DNA of 47,690 bases from Bdellovibrionota bacterium (lineage in GTDB: Bacteria; Bdellovibrionota_C; UBA2361; JBGSMV01). This document shows positions 1 to 9,782 of the stretch, in pieces; position 1 is the stretch's first letter, and each line of letters opens with the position of its first letter. The stretch is taken from the NCBI GenBank assembly GCA_041739995.1, contig JBGSMV010000058.1, positions 1 to 47,690 on the forward strand, read 5' to 3'. The position numbers and the translations under genes were made by a program. The notes under the pieces were generated by a model. The model was not told the DNA's origin. It saw only the letters and a program-made list of their open reading frames with translations, and did not search any database.

Positions 1-140
1 GAAAATTACGGGCAAAACCTCTGACCTTCAAACGAATTTTCAACCTGTTCTGAAAATCCACGCCCTAAATGTAAAAAGTTCCAATTCTTACTATTAATTC
101 TTAAATTATCGAGGTTTGATGCTGGCTTTTCGGACAGCCT

Positions 141-220
141 CGAAGGCTACGGAGGATAGGAAAGCTTCGGGGGACAAGTCGGCGGGACGTCGTCGTCTGT
201 GCCGGTTCACAGACTCCTAG
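141..220 (-). repeat. MITE-like dispersed repeat, partial copy A
   Basis: Reverse complement closely matches 5372-5451 (ctaggagtc..cacagacg..ccgacttgtcccccgaagctttcctatcctccgtagccttcg). Its CTAG end overlaps the stop codon of the CDS at 217. Confidence 0.8.
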
Positions 221-981
221 CCTGCGGCGTCGCTTGACTCTGGCTCGTCCGGTGCACGAGTGGAGTTCAATCGTTTCCGGAGACGACCAAGCCGTGTGGC
301 TGGACCTTTGCTTCTTTCAATGCAGAACTTTTCAATTGCATCGACTAATCCCTCTTCTCCGCCCTTTGCAAAAAGCTTAGCGAGATCAGAAGAACGCCGA
401 AGACCTGCAAACGCCTTAGGGATCTCGCGTTTTGCAGTTTCAAACTGTTGGGCTTGTCGAAGTACTGTAGCCGCTTTATCAAGGCTGGCCATGAGAATGG
501 CAACGAGCGCCTCGTTGCGATCCTTTGCTTGAAGCACGGCTTCGGCGAGCGGCTCACCCTTGCTTGCGAGGACAATCGCGCGATCCAGGGTATCTACGGT
601 GAAAGGTTTCACCAGATATCCCTTGGCACCCATGATTAGCAGATCAAACACATCGTCAATGTTTGGATCGTATGAAGAGGGTAGGGCCACAATTGATTTG
701 TCATTCTCCAGAAGGCTGTGGAGGAAGACTTTTGGCTCGATAGTTGTTTTCTTCGCATCAAACAGGACGTGCGTGATTTTGCGTTCCTGTAGCTTTTCAA
801 GCGCCATGGCATGGTCAGCCACGTCCGTGAAGGATCCGTATCCAAGGGCCTTCAGTGCAATACGCAGGTTGTTTCGTTCGGTGGGATCTTTTTCGACAAT
901 CAGAACAAATGCCTTCGCACGTTCTGCAGGCGTCATCCCCGCCCCGTCTTCGCCACTACCGTTCTGAGGAGTTGTACTCAT
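217..981 (-). CDS. Response regulator receiver domain protein with helical C-terminal extension
   Basis: REC pattern: VLIVEKD, VLFD (phospho-Asp), GAKGYLVKPF. Confidence 0.8.
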   Translation of the reverse strand: MSTTPQNGSGEDGAGMTPAERAKAFVLIVEKDPTERNNLRIALKALGYGSFTDVADHAMALEKLQERKITHVLFDAKKTTIEPKVFLHSLLENDKSIVALPSSYDPNIDDVFDLLIMGAKGYLVKPFTVDTLDRAIVLASKGEPLAEAVLQAKDRNEALVAILMASLDKAATVLRQAQQFETAKREIPKAFAGLRRSSDLAKLFAKGGEEGLVDAIEKFCIERSKGPATRLGRLRKRLNSTRAPDEPESSDAAG

Positions 982-1311
982 AGTCGCAATGATTGAATTT
1001 GTTTTCTCCCTGGTCGGTCCAGGTTGCGTGAGCGGTCAGACCTCTCTTTCCAGGCTCCTGGGGAGCCAGGTTATTGGGGCCTTACGGCAACCGCCTCATG
1101 CTAATAGATAGCATCGGAGTGGTCCTTGAATTTCTTAATACTCCTCTAAACAATCATGAAAACTTCTTAGATTACCTGAATTAAGAGGGTTTCTGCAGGT
1201 CAACCTGGGTGGTGGGTGAGCAGTTTGGGGGTGAGGGGGCTAAAAGCCCTAAAAGCCATTGTACGGTTCACCCATAGGTAATTCCCTTGGATTTTCCCCG
1301 TGATTTTATAG

Positions 1312-1947
1312 CTATTTTGACACGGAAGGGGTCGGCTTTAGCTCAGAGATTCGAGCTTGAAGCGAGGGTCTAGTGGTTCCCAAGGGAACTCCAAATTCAG
1401 AGCCCCAAAGTGCGAGCCGCTCCAGGAATGCGCAACCAACCTCTGAATCGTAGGGACTTCTCGCCAGAAGCTGTTGCGCGAAACTATCGGCCTCAAGTTC
1501 CATGTGAATGAGGCCTTGGGGTGAGTGTTGCGCATTACCAAGCAGGCGATGAGAGCCATGCGGGGGAGACTGGCCTGTGTTGTTTGGTTGTAGTTCGCTC
1601 CGGTGCAGCATCAAATGCCCAAGCTCATGTGAAATCACAAAGGCAAGCTCGTCTTCACTGCGAATTAAGTCCATTAATCCTCGAGTCAGCACAATGATTC
1701 GACCGTCCCGGGCGTAGGCGTTCGGCATGAGAGACTCAGCGATAATCACCTCCGGCGTAAATCCGGCGAACGCGTGTACGTCATCTCCCGTGAGGTTCTG
1801 TATGAGTGATGTGATCTTATCTTTCGACAGGAGCGGGCTAAAAGGCGCTACTTCCGGAGAGGTGTCGAGGGCGTACGACTCTGCAGGAATTATTCCTGGG
1901 AGTAGAACCACTGTTGCGACGAGGACAAGCACGCATAGGCGCTTCAT
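1312..1947 (-). CDS. M48 family metallopeptidase, secreted
   Basis: PNAYA, ELAFVISHELGH (HExxH) and ELEAD motifs. Signal peptide follows MKRLCVLV; start placed at the ATG at 1947. Confidence 0.85.
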   Translation of the reverse strand: MKRLCVLVLVATVVLLPGIIPAESYALDTSPEVAPFSPLLSKDKITSLIQNLTGDDVHAFAGFTPEVIIAESLMPNAYARDGRIIVLTRGLMDLIRSEDELAFVISHELGHLMLHRSELQPNNTGQSPPHGSHRLLGNAQHSPQGLIHMELEADSFAQQLLARSPYDSEVGCAFLERLALWGSEFGVPLGTTRPSLQARISELKPTPSVSK

Positions 1948-2201
1948 TCCGTCGGTACTCCAAAAACCGAGACAACCTAGTAACCGCTTGCTAGTGAGGA
2001 TCGGCACAAATGGCCTAAAACCTAACGATCCTCAGCTTCTATTTGTTATGACGACAAGCAGTGGAAAACTGATGCGGAGCTGACCTGGCCTCCTGGACAG
2101 AGAAAGGGGGGAGTCGACTTGCGATCCAGTGCAAGTGCGCTAAAACTAGGTCGGATCATGAGCTTAGCCGCTCGCTAGCGCTGAGGGATGCGCAAAAGCA
2201 T

Positions 2202-2396
2202 GCTCTCTAACGACAGAACAAATGTTCGTACGGTAGCGTCCGAGCAGTGCGATTTTGCCTCTATTGTCCCTACACTGGATTTCCCGCTGGTGATCTGAGC
2301 TAGTGTCTTTGGGGTACCTTTGACCAATGCGGACGGGCCGCATGAGCAGGTGGATCGGAGCCTTGTTCATCGGTGGAGGAAGCGTCTTAGGGGAGC
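2202..2396 (+). ncRNA. ssrS: 6S RNA (probable)
   Basis: About 195 nt directly upstream of ygfA, the established ssrS-ygfA synteny. Ends can pair (gctctctaa..gac / gtc.ttaggggagc) and gaacaa/ttgttc pair internally, consistent with a long rod. Confidence 0.7.
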
Positions 2397-2438
2397 GGCA
2401 GCCGAAAGTTTAATCTGAATTTAAGTGAGCGTAGTGGC

Positions 2439-3071
2439 ATGGGGAAGAAGGTGCGAACTGAGACTCGAGAGGCGATGCGCAAGGTTCTTATGAATCTCGA
2501 TCGTCGGTGGGTTCAGGCCGCGAGTGTCGAACTGTGCGCTCAGCTTCACACCATCATCCATGAAGAATGCGATCCAGTACCGGCGCATATTCTTGCCTGG
2601 GGGGCGCATTTCCCGGGCGAGATTGACCTCTCGCCTCTGATAAGTGCTGAATTTGGAGAGAGCGCGGTGTATCTCCCGAGAGCTCTGCCCGACAGAACCA
2701 TGAGGTTTATTTCAGTCGATGCGGAGTGGCGATCCGATGCTGAGGAAGGAATGCTTGGAATTCCTCAACCGCAAGAACAGTCTGGCGTGGTGTATCGTCC
2801 GGAGTGGGGGCCCGATACGCTGGTGATAGTGCCAGGCTTGGCATTCGACGCGAAGGGGCATCGGCTTGGTCGAGGTGGTGGATACTACGATCGGTTCTTG
2901 GCGAACCCTGCCTTGGATGAAGCAACGCTTGTGGGGGTATGTTGGTCGTTGCAATTAGTCCCGCATGTTCCGCCCGAACCTCATGACGTGCGTATGGATT
3001 GGCTTTGCCATGAACGAGATTTCTTCGCCGCCGGCGACCTCATCTCAAATGAGCATCGACTGGAGCCCTAA
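2439..3071 (+). CDS. ygfA: 5-formyltetrahydrofolate cyclo-ligase
   Basis: IVPGLAFDAKGHRLGRGGGYYDRFL signature; EPHDVRMD near the C-terminus. Confidence 0.93.
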   Translation: MGKKVRTETREAMRKVLMNLDRRWVQAASVELCAQLHTIIHEECDPVPAHILAWGAHFPGEIDLSPLISAEFGESAVYLPRALPDRTMRFISVDAEWRSDAEEGMLGIPQPQEQSGVVYRPEWGPDTLVIVPGLAFDAKGHRLGRGGGYYDRFLANPALDEATLVGVCWSLQLVPHVPPEPHDVRMDWLCHERDFFAAGDLISNEHRLEP

Positions 3072-3096
3072 CGACGACGCCTAAGAGGAAATAGAA

Positions 3097-3906
3097 ATGA
3101 GAATATTGTGCTTAGGCGACGTGGTCGGAAGACCTGGACGAATCGCACTCTCGGTTGGTTTGCCGCGCTTAATTGAGCGTCTAAAGCCCGACGTAGTCGT
3201 GGTTAACGGCGAGAATGCATCGGGCGGAGTGGGGCTCGATCCTAAGAGTGCCGATGAAATAAGAGCCGCTGGCGCGAACGTAGTGACGCTGGGAGATCAC
3301 ACCTGGCAGCGGCGTGAAATTCGTGGCGCCATGGAGAGCCGGCCCTGGATTGTACGTCCGGCCAACTATCCTGAAGGAGCGCCCGGCAGTGGATACACCA
3401 AGATCAAATCTGCTTCTGGTAGTTCAGTGGGTGTTTTCAATCTGCTTGGGCGTGTGTTCTTGAATTTTTCTTTGGACTGTCCGTTTCAGGTAGTTGATAA
3501 GCTACTCGAAGGCCCCTTGAAGGATTGCAAGGTAATCATCGGCGACATTCACGCGGAAGCAACTTCTGAAAAAATTGCGCTCGGCCGCTATCTCGACGGG
3601 CGAGTGACGCTACTATTTGGCACCCACACGCATGTACAGACCGCTGATGAACAAATCTTTGCCGGTGGAACCGGATTCATTTCTGATGTGGGCATGTGTG
3701 GTAGCCAAAATGGTGTGATCGGAATGCATGCAAAAGTGGCTCTCGATCGTTTTCTCACCGGGATGCCACATGCCTATCAGGTGGCCGAAGGTATGGAGAT
3801 ACTGCACGGCGTGTGGTGCGAGTGTGATGAGTCGACGGGGCGCGTAAGCTCAATTGAGCGGGTTCGGGAAGTTGTCACGGTACAGGGCACCGCACAGGCG
3901 GATTGA
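3097..3906 (+). CDS. ymdB: TIGR00282/YmdB family metallophosphoesterase
   Basis: GDVVGRPG, NGENA, HAEATSEK, GTHTHVQTAD motifs. Confidence 0.92.
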   Translation: MRILCLGDVVGRPGRIALSVGLPRLIERLKPDVVVVNGENASGGVGLDPKSADEIRAAGANVVTLGDHTWQRREIRGAMESRPWIVRPANYPEGAPGSGYTKIKSASGSSVGVFNLLGRVFLNFSLDCPFQVVDKLLEGPLKDCKVIIGDIHAEATSEKIALGRYLDGRVTLLFGTHTHVQTADEQIFAGGTGFISDVGMCGSQNGVIGMHAKVALDRFLTGMPHAYQVAEGMEILHGVWCECDESTGRVSSIERVREVVTVQGTAQAD

Positions 3907-4019
3907 GCCTTTATTGACTGAGCCATACCCGCAAAAATTCACATGTAAATGGCGCTGGAGCGGGCATATTCCGCTTGGTGCGACTATCACCGCCTAAGGA
4001 CTGTGATAAGATGCGCCCC

Positions 4020-4286
4020 ATGATCGAACCACCCAAACGCCCTGCTAACTCCTTCCGCATCATCCTTGACCTGCCTGTCGCGCAGCGCATCGACTCCATT
4101 CTTCTTGCGGAGCTGCGAAAGCAGGAGCGAAGCCCTCAACTAAAAGGAATTTCGCGTGCGGCATTCAAAGAACTATTCAAGAAGAAAAGAATTCAATTAA
4201 AAGGACAGCCCGCACGGCCGTCTTCGCACCTGGCGGTAGGAATCACGTACGTCGATATTCTGGGGTTCGAAGATGCCGAATCTTAG
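4020..4286 (+). CDS. Small protein with an S4-like RNA-binding pattern
   Basis: RIDSIL...ISRAAFKELFKKKRIQLKG resembles the S4 motif. Start uncertain (3975-4020). Confidence 0.55.
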   Translation: MIEPPKRPANSFRIILDLPVAQRIDSILLAELRKQERSPQLKGISRAAFKELFKKKRIQLKGQPARPSSHLAVGITYVDILGFEDAES

Positions 4287-4331
4287 AATTGGGCGGTATT
4301 ACGCCTTTCGTTCCAGTCTCTAAGTGTGAAC

Positions 4332-4775
4332 ATGTTGCAGACAGCTTTTAACAAACTTGTGCCCGAACTCTCGGTCTCTCACTTAGAGAAGAGTAGGCAT
4401 TTTTATATCGATATCTTAGGATTTTCGATTAAGTTCGAGCGCCCTGAGAACCGATTTTGCTACCTGTCCTTTCATGGTAGCGAGCTTATGATTGAGGAAG
4501 ATCGTGAGAGAGACGCCGAATCTGCACGTTGGATTATTGAACCCCTCGACTATCCGCGAGGTCGCGGGCTCAATATCTCCATCGAATGCCCTAATGCCAA
4601 TGATTTGGTTGGGCGTCTGACAGGGGCCAATATTGCTCTAAGGAAGGAGCTCGAAGATCATTGGTATCGAAATAACGAGATCCTACATGGCGAACGGAAT
4701 TTCTTGGTTCAAGATCCGGATGGGTATCTCTTGCGTTTTGCCGAATCTCTTGGAAACAAGCCGACAAAGATATAG
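4332..4775 (+). CDS. VOC/glyoxalase (bleomycin-resistance-like) family protein
   Basis: LVPELSV..S..FY..ILGF, YPRGRGLN, FLVQDPDGYLLRF. Confidence 0.88.
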   Translation: MLQTAFNKLVPELSVSHLEKSRHFYIDILGFSIKFERPENRFCYLSFHGSELMIEEDRERDAESARWIIEPLDYPRGRGLNISIECPNANDLVGRLTGANIALRKELEDHWYRNNEILHGERNFLVQDPDGYLLRFAESLGNKPTKI

Positions 4776-5150
4776 CTAGCTTTGCTCAGTGGTCACGTCT
4801 TCTACTGCAGAGAGAATATCACGCATCCCAAATGGCTTTTGGACATAGCCATCGGCACTTAGGTTGTAGCTATTGGTGATTGACTCGGTGTCAAAATCTG
4901 ATGACATCATTACAATTGGCACTGCGGCAGTGGAGGGATTGCCGCGTAGACGCTTAAGGACCTCGATGCCATTCATCTCAGGCATAAGCAGGTCGAGTAC
5001 CACGACGTCTGGTTTCTTAAATGAAATAGTGTCTATGCACTCAGATCCGCTCTCGACGGTAAGCACTTCGTAGCCCTGCGCGGAGAGAAACTCAGTAATG
5101 AGTAAGCGCACAACTGGATCATCGTCTACAACTAAAATCTTTTTTGACAT
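4776..5150 (-). CDS. Single-domain response regulator
   Basis: KKILVVDDD, PDVVVLDLLMPEMNG, YVQKPF. Start at MSKK (5150). Confidence 0.92.
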   Translation of the reverse strand: MSKKILVVDDDPVVRLLITEFLSAQGYEVLTVESGSECIDTISFKKPDVVVLDLLMPEMNGIEVLKRLRGNPSTAAVPIVMMSSDFDTESITNSYNLSADGYVQKPFGMRDILSAVEDVTTEQS

Positions 5151-5372
5151 ACCAACCTTTCTTCTTTTCAACCACCAACGCACAGGAAGAGTCGTCTTTC
5201 AGAAGCAGCACTCGTGTTTCACCACCAATGAGAAAGGTCGGCAATTCTGAGAGGTTACTTGAGGCTCCTCGGAAGGTATCGTAAGAAAATTTCATACTTC
5301 CCTCATTTTGCACCCACCAAATCTCGGCCGAATGGAGGCTAGGAGTAGTCTGGTGGGGTGGAATGGTCGTAC

Positions 5373-5554
5373 TAGGAGTCAGTGCACAGGCACAGACGAT
5401 GAAGTTCCTCCGACTTGTCCCCCGAAGCTTTCCTATCCTCCGTAGCCTTCGCGAACGAGGGAGCGAAGGGGGAAGCCTCCTTGAATTAGAGGGCAGCACA
5501 GGCGCATGTGAGCGAAGGCGGACCCTCATAAACAGGGCGCTGTCACAGACTTCT
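5373..5554 (+). repeat. MITE-like dispersed repeat, long composite copy B
   Basis: Left end taggagtcagtg is shared with copy A. Right part gagcgaaggcggaccctcataaacagggc..tgtcacagacttct is shared with the 41482 and 37202 copies. Confidence 0.75.
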
Positions 5555-5667
5555 GGAGCATCTTCTAGCTTTCAAGGTGGATGGTTTTGAGCGGTCGCGG
5601 AGACGGCGGACCGCAACTTCGCGCTACCCATTTCAGGGTGCGGCGAAGTACCTCCTACACAAATCTG

Positions 5668-8142
5668 CTAGTGCAACAGCTCGCTTGGCACCAGCAACTC
5701 TGATGCGGACTGGGAGCTCGGCGACATGCTTGAAGCTTTGAGGGATTCTTGGACGACTTGTTCGAGCGTTTCTATGTCGAAAGGCTTCGGAAGCAGTCTT
5801 ATGTCGGAGCTCTCGGAGCTCACTAAGTGTCCAGATCCAGTCATAAGTAGTGTGGGCACGTCAGGATGTATGCGCCTCAACTGCTCAATAACTTCGAGAC
5901 CGTACATCTTAGGCATGACCAGATCGACCAGAACGAGATCGAATTTGGTTTTGCTGAAGAATGAGAGCGCTTGCGATCCATCACTACAGGCTTGGACAGA
6001 GTAACCGAGGGTGGAAAGCATCGAACGCACTACTTCACGAATGGTGTCGTCATCTTCCACCACTAGAATGGAGCCCTTTTTGACAGGCGACTCTTGTGAG
6101 CCACTTGGGGCACGAGGTGTTTCTGGCTTCACGGAAGCAGTGCGGCTACCTGCATCGAGGGAGTCTATGGTGCGGGAGGGTTTCTGAGGGCTGTCTTCCT
6201 CCTCAACAAATTTCTGAAGAGGGAGGTAGAGCGATATCGTGGTGCCCCGTTCTTGATGACTTTCAGCAGTTAGAAAACCATCGTGCGCTCGAATTATTGC
6301 ATACGCAGTTGCCAGTGCGAGACCAGGTCCGGCGGATGTCGAGTGCTGGTAGGTTTCTGGGTTAAGCGTGTGTCTGAGTACTTCGGGAGACATGCCTTGA
6401 CCGGTATCGCTTACTTGAATACGCGCGAAATGCCCTGGGCGTGATCCAGGAAGGATTTGCGGTGCATCATCCGAGAGTGTCTCTTCGTTGAGGGATACTT
6501 GAATAGATCCAGCTTCCGCGCCGTAAGAATCTCGCGCATTTATCACAAGATTGGTGATCGCAAGCAGAATAAGTCCGGCGTCGCAGGAGACAGGGAAGGA
6601 TGACTTGGGCACCGTGAAACGCACGTCACAGCCTTCCCCACCGATTCCCGCAAGGACTTGTTGGTGGCTCTTGAGCAGGCGTTCAAGGCGCTCTCCCTTT
6701 GGAGCGTAGCTTCTGGCATTGGAGAATTCTAAGAGCTGACTGATGAGAACTCCCGCTTCCTTGGACGAGCGAACTACTGCGTCTAGGGAGTAGTCGAGCT
6801 TGAACGGATCTTCGCATCGTCGGGCGGTCGAAGCGTTCCCGGCGACGGAAGTAAGAGCATTGTTCAACGCGTGCCCCATACCGGAGATGAGCGTCTGCAG
6901 AGAGTCTTTGCGCTGCGCCAATATAAGGTCGTATCCGACCGTGCGTCGCGTGGTGATATCTTCAATGGTGACGATAATGCTCTGAGCATCAATGGTGGAG
7001 CGCTGGTGACCCAGTTCGCAGGAAATACTTAAGAAGGTGAGACGATCCGGAAGTTGGTTGAGACGAATTTCCTTTGAACAATTAGTTCCCTTGGCGAAGG
7101 ATTCCTCGATGAGTTCCGATATCTGCTGAGACACGCGCGCATCGAGCGCAAGTCCTGAGAGCATACGTCCGGCCGGCTCTGGAGTCGTCACTGAGGCGAG
7201 CTCCCTAAATTTATCATTCATGAATCCGACTGTGCCGTTTCGAGAAAGAGCACAAATGCCTAGGTCTCGGCCACGTGAGCTTGCCAAAACTGCACGACTA
7301 CGTGTCATGGTGTGCTCCGGCACCGAGCGCTCAGCGCCATGTTCCCAGAGTTTGCCGCCTTCTTGCCACACATCGGCCGCAAGATTAGACATGGTTTTAA
7401 ATCGCCGACCGTTACCGTTCGACGACTGCAGGAGCGGAGAAGTATTGTCTGCGAAAAGTAGAGAGACTCTTTCGGCCAGCCAGGTTGAGAGTAGTAGGGA
7501 GAAGGCAACCAGTGCGAGAATATTAGTGGCGGCCTCAGGGGTGCGCATGAAGCGATCGAGGCCCAGGAGTAAAACCGCGCCGATCAGAGGAAACAAGGTA
7601 GCGCCAGCGATTGCGTGGGTAAGCACTTGTTGAAGAGGGAGGTGCCGAGGTTTCCCGCTCACGAGTCCCCAAATGACAGGATTCAAAAGGGCGAGGCCTG
7701 CGCAGGTAGCGAGGAGTACGTCCCACATTCCCATTAACATCAAAGACTCGTTCGACCAGGCCAGTTCGATCTGGTTGGTGTGATGAAAGCCGGTCAAGGT
7801 TGGACTCAGAGTGCCAAGCCACAACAGTCCAACCGAAGCGAACAGCGGCATTCGAGGAAAGGCGCGTAAGAGTAGGCTTGCGCCACTGACCAGGAAGACA
7901 ATGCGCAGCATGTCTATGCGTTCGGGGAAGAGTGTTACCTCGATCAGAGTTGAAATGCTCGCAGCGACAATCGCTCCGGTAGCTGAAAGTGCGCCGACGG
8001 CGAGGAAGAGAAGAATGTTACCAAGGTCCGGCCAGGCACTTGCGCCAATTGTGAAGCTCCCAAGACAGTTAATTGCTGAGCAACCAAACGCGAGCGCAAG
8101 AACTGTTCTGGTTGACTTTGAGATGAAGCAAAAGTTTCTCAC
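5668..8142 (-). CDS. Membrane hybrid sensor histidine kinase (TM-PAS-HisKA-HATPase-REC)
   Basis: Multiple TM segments, H-box GHALNNAL, NLVINARD, DTGQGM, C-terminal REC (ILVVEDD, DLVMPKM, LPKPF). Confidence 0.88.
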   Translation of the reverse strand: MRNFCFISKSTRTVLALAFGCSAINCLGSFTIGASAWPDLGNILLFLAVGALSATGAIVAASISTLIEVTLFPERIDMLRIVFLVSGASLLLRAFPRMPLFASVGLLWLGTLSPTLTGFHHTNQIELAWSNESLMLMGMWDVLLATCAGLALLNPVIWGLVSGKPRHLPLQQVLTHAIAGATLFPLIGAVLLLGLDRFMRTPEAATNILALVAFSLLLSTWLAERVSLLFADNTSPLLQSSNGNGRRFKTMSNLAADVWQEGGKLWEHGAERSVPEHTMTRSRAVLASSRGRDLGICALSRNGTVGFMNDKFRELASVTTPEPAGRMLSGLALDARVSQQISELIEESFAKGTNCSKEIRLNQLPDRLTFLSISCELGHQRSTIDAQSIIVTIEDITTRRTVGYDLILAQRKDSLQTLISGMGHALNNALTSVAGNASTARRCEDPFKLDYSLDAVVRSSKEAGVLISQLLEFSNARSYAPKGERLERLLKSHQQVLAGIGGEGCDVRFTVPKSSFPVSCDAGLILLAITNLVINARDSYGAEAGSIQVSLNEETLSDDAPQILPGSRPGHFARIQVSDTGQGMSPEVLRHTLNPETYQHSTSAGPGLALATAYAIIRAHDGFLTAESHQERGTTISLYLPLQKFVEEEDSPQKPSRTIDSLDAGSRTASVKPETPRAPSGSQESPVKKGSILVVEDDDTIREVVRSMLSTLGYSVQACSDGSQALSFFSKTKFDLVLVDLVMPKMYGLEVIEQLRRIHPDVPTLLMTGSGHLVSSESSDIRLLPKPFDIETLEQVVQESLKASSMSPSSQSASELLVPSELLH

Positions 8143-8754
8143 AGCACTCTATTATAAAACAGCGGTTAACCTTGAGACGCCTCAACGAAGAGTTTTTATC
8201 CTCGGTGTTAGCGTGTCCGGTTCATACAACTAAATCGGCGTTGTTTGGGCGCAACAGCTTTAAACCAGAATCTCAAAACCAGTCCCGAGAGCCCGGTCTT
8301 ATGATGCAATCGACATGCTTGGCGAATCGCCGAAGTTAACTGCTTGAAATATCAAAATATTTTCAACCGAGATCCGCCATGTTCACATATTTGTTGATTG
8401 GTTTTTAGAGGGGCTCAGCCCTGCCCAATCGCGGAACCGATCCGATAGCGTGTGAACGCTGTGACGTTTTGATAATTGCCGAAGAATGGAACTGTTCGCA
8501 TCTTTGACTCATGTGCTAGCGTCAAATCACCGAAGGGGAAGTAGGAAGTCTAGCTGTGATTTCCAGGCTGTAGCCTTTGAATGCGATTGCTCGCTTGAGA
8601 GTTGTTACTGGTTTTTAAAGATCCAGTGCCTGTCGTCTAAGAGGCGTGTTTTTCAGTTCGGGAGATTTTCTATTCGTGGTTTTGCCGAGCGCCGAGAAGG
8701 GATTAGTACTTCAAGGCACTGTTTTCAGGGATGAGGGACTTTAGAGGGAATATT

Positions 8755-9555
8755 ATGAAAGGGAAGACACTTTTACGTTCATCGGTATCATCAGTTGTAT
8801 TAGCAGCGGTGACGTTTGGATTTGGACAACAGGCAGGTCACGCTCAGGATATGCTTCCTTATGATAATGGTCTTGCGACCTATCATACGTCTCCTCGGTA
8901 CCGAGAGAGCGAGAGTCACCCACTTCGAATCTTCGCCTACATTGTTCATCCAATCGGATGGTTGGCACGCGAGGCCATCACCCGTCCCTTGAGCTACTTT
9001 GCCGGGTCGACTGAAACGACACGCAGCGTTTTTGGCTACCGTGAGCCGTTTGACTTTCGTTCACCAGAATGTTTCTCAGCTGACGAAAGCGCGCCTGATT
9101 GCCGATCGGTAAATCCATTTAATTATGACGGCCCATCTTCGAATCTCGGATCTGCCGTAGCTACTGGAGCGCTAGAGGACGGCGGTGGTGAGTCGATGGC
9201 GGTTGCGCAGAAGTCTGTTTACTTCCCTGATGTGAACTTTGATTTCAACAAGCGAGCCCTTAATGATCTAGGAAAGGGACAGTCACACCAAATTGCGCAG
9301 GCGCTTAAGTCTAAGGGTTCTGTGCAGATAGTTCTTCAAGGGCACACTGACTTCATTGGTTCCGATGGATACAACGAGAAACTCGGAATGGATCGCGCTG
9401 AAGCGGTGCGAGCTGAGCTGGTGTCGCAAGGAGTGTCGGGCGACCAGCTTTCTACTGTTACATTCGGGAAAACCCAGCCGATTTTCACTGATGAGACCAA
9501 CTGGGCTCGTGCAGTGAATCGCCGAGTTGAAGTTCACGTCGCTGACGGAAAATAA
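8755..9555 (+). CDS. OmpA family peptidoglycan-binding protein
   Basis: Signal peptide; C-terminal GHTDFIGSDGYNEKLGMDRAEAV and NRRVE. Confidence 0.9.
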   Translation: MKGKTLLRSSVSSVVLAAVTFGFGQQAGHAQDMLPYDNGLATYHTSPRYRESESHPLRIFAYIVHPIGWLAREAITRPLSYFAGSTETTRSVFGYREPFDFRSPECFSADESAPDCRSVNPFNYDGPSSNLGSAVATGALEDGGGESMAVAQKSVYFPDVNFDFNKRALNDLGKGQSHQIAQALKSKGSVQIVLQGHTDFIGSDGYNEKLGMDRAEAVRAELVSQGVSGDQLSTVTFGKTQPIFTDETNWARAVNRRVEVHVADGK

Positions 9556-9582
9556 CTCGAGCAAACGCTAAGCTTTAACTTT

Positions 9583-9630
9583 AGGCGGCCGCGTGTGACA
9601 GAGTTTTCTGTCGGCGGTCGTCTTTTCTCT
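9583..9630 (+). terminator. Probable intrinsic terminator after the OmpA-family gene
   Basis: aggcggccgc..gacaga gttt tctgtc..gcggtcgtct hairpin followed by a T-rich tract. Confidence 0.55.
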
Positions 9631-9782
9631 TAAGTTAATTGATATCTAGTTTATTGGGATGTTCGAGTAACCGTCGAGGCTGCGATTGCCAGAGGCCTCA
9701 TTGTCCCGCAGGTATCCTTGCCTTAGGCCTTACCATTTTTTCGTCTGGAATCCTTGGTGAAATCGTGGGCCACTCAGATTGG

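Noticed and set aside
5119..5590. ORFs 5119-5529 (-) and 5363-5590 (+)
   Set aside because: They largely overlap the MITE-like repeat and show no recognisable domain.
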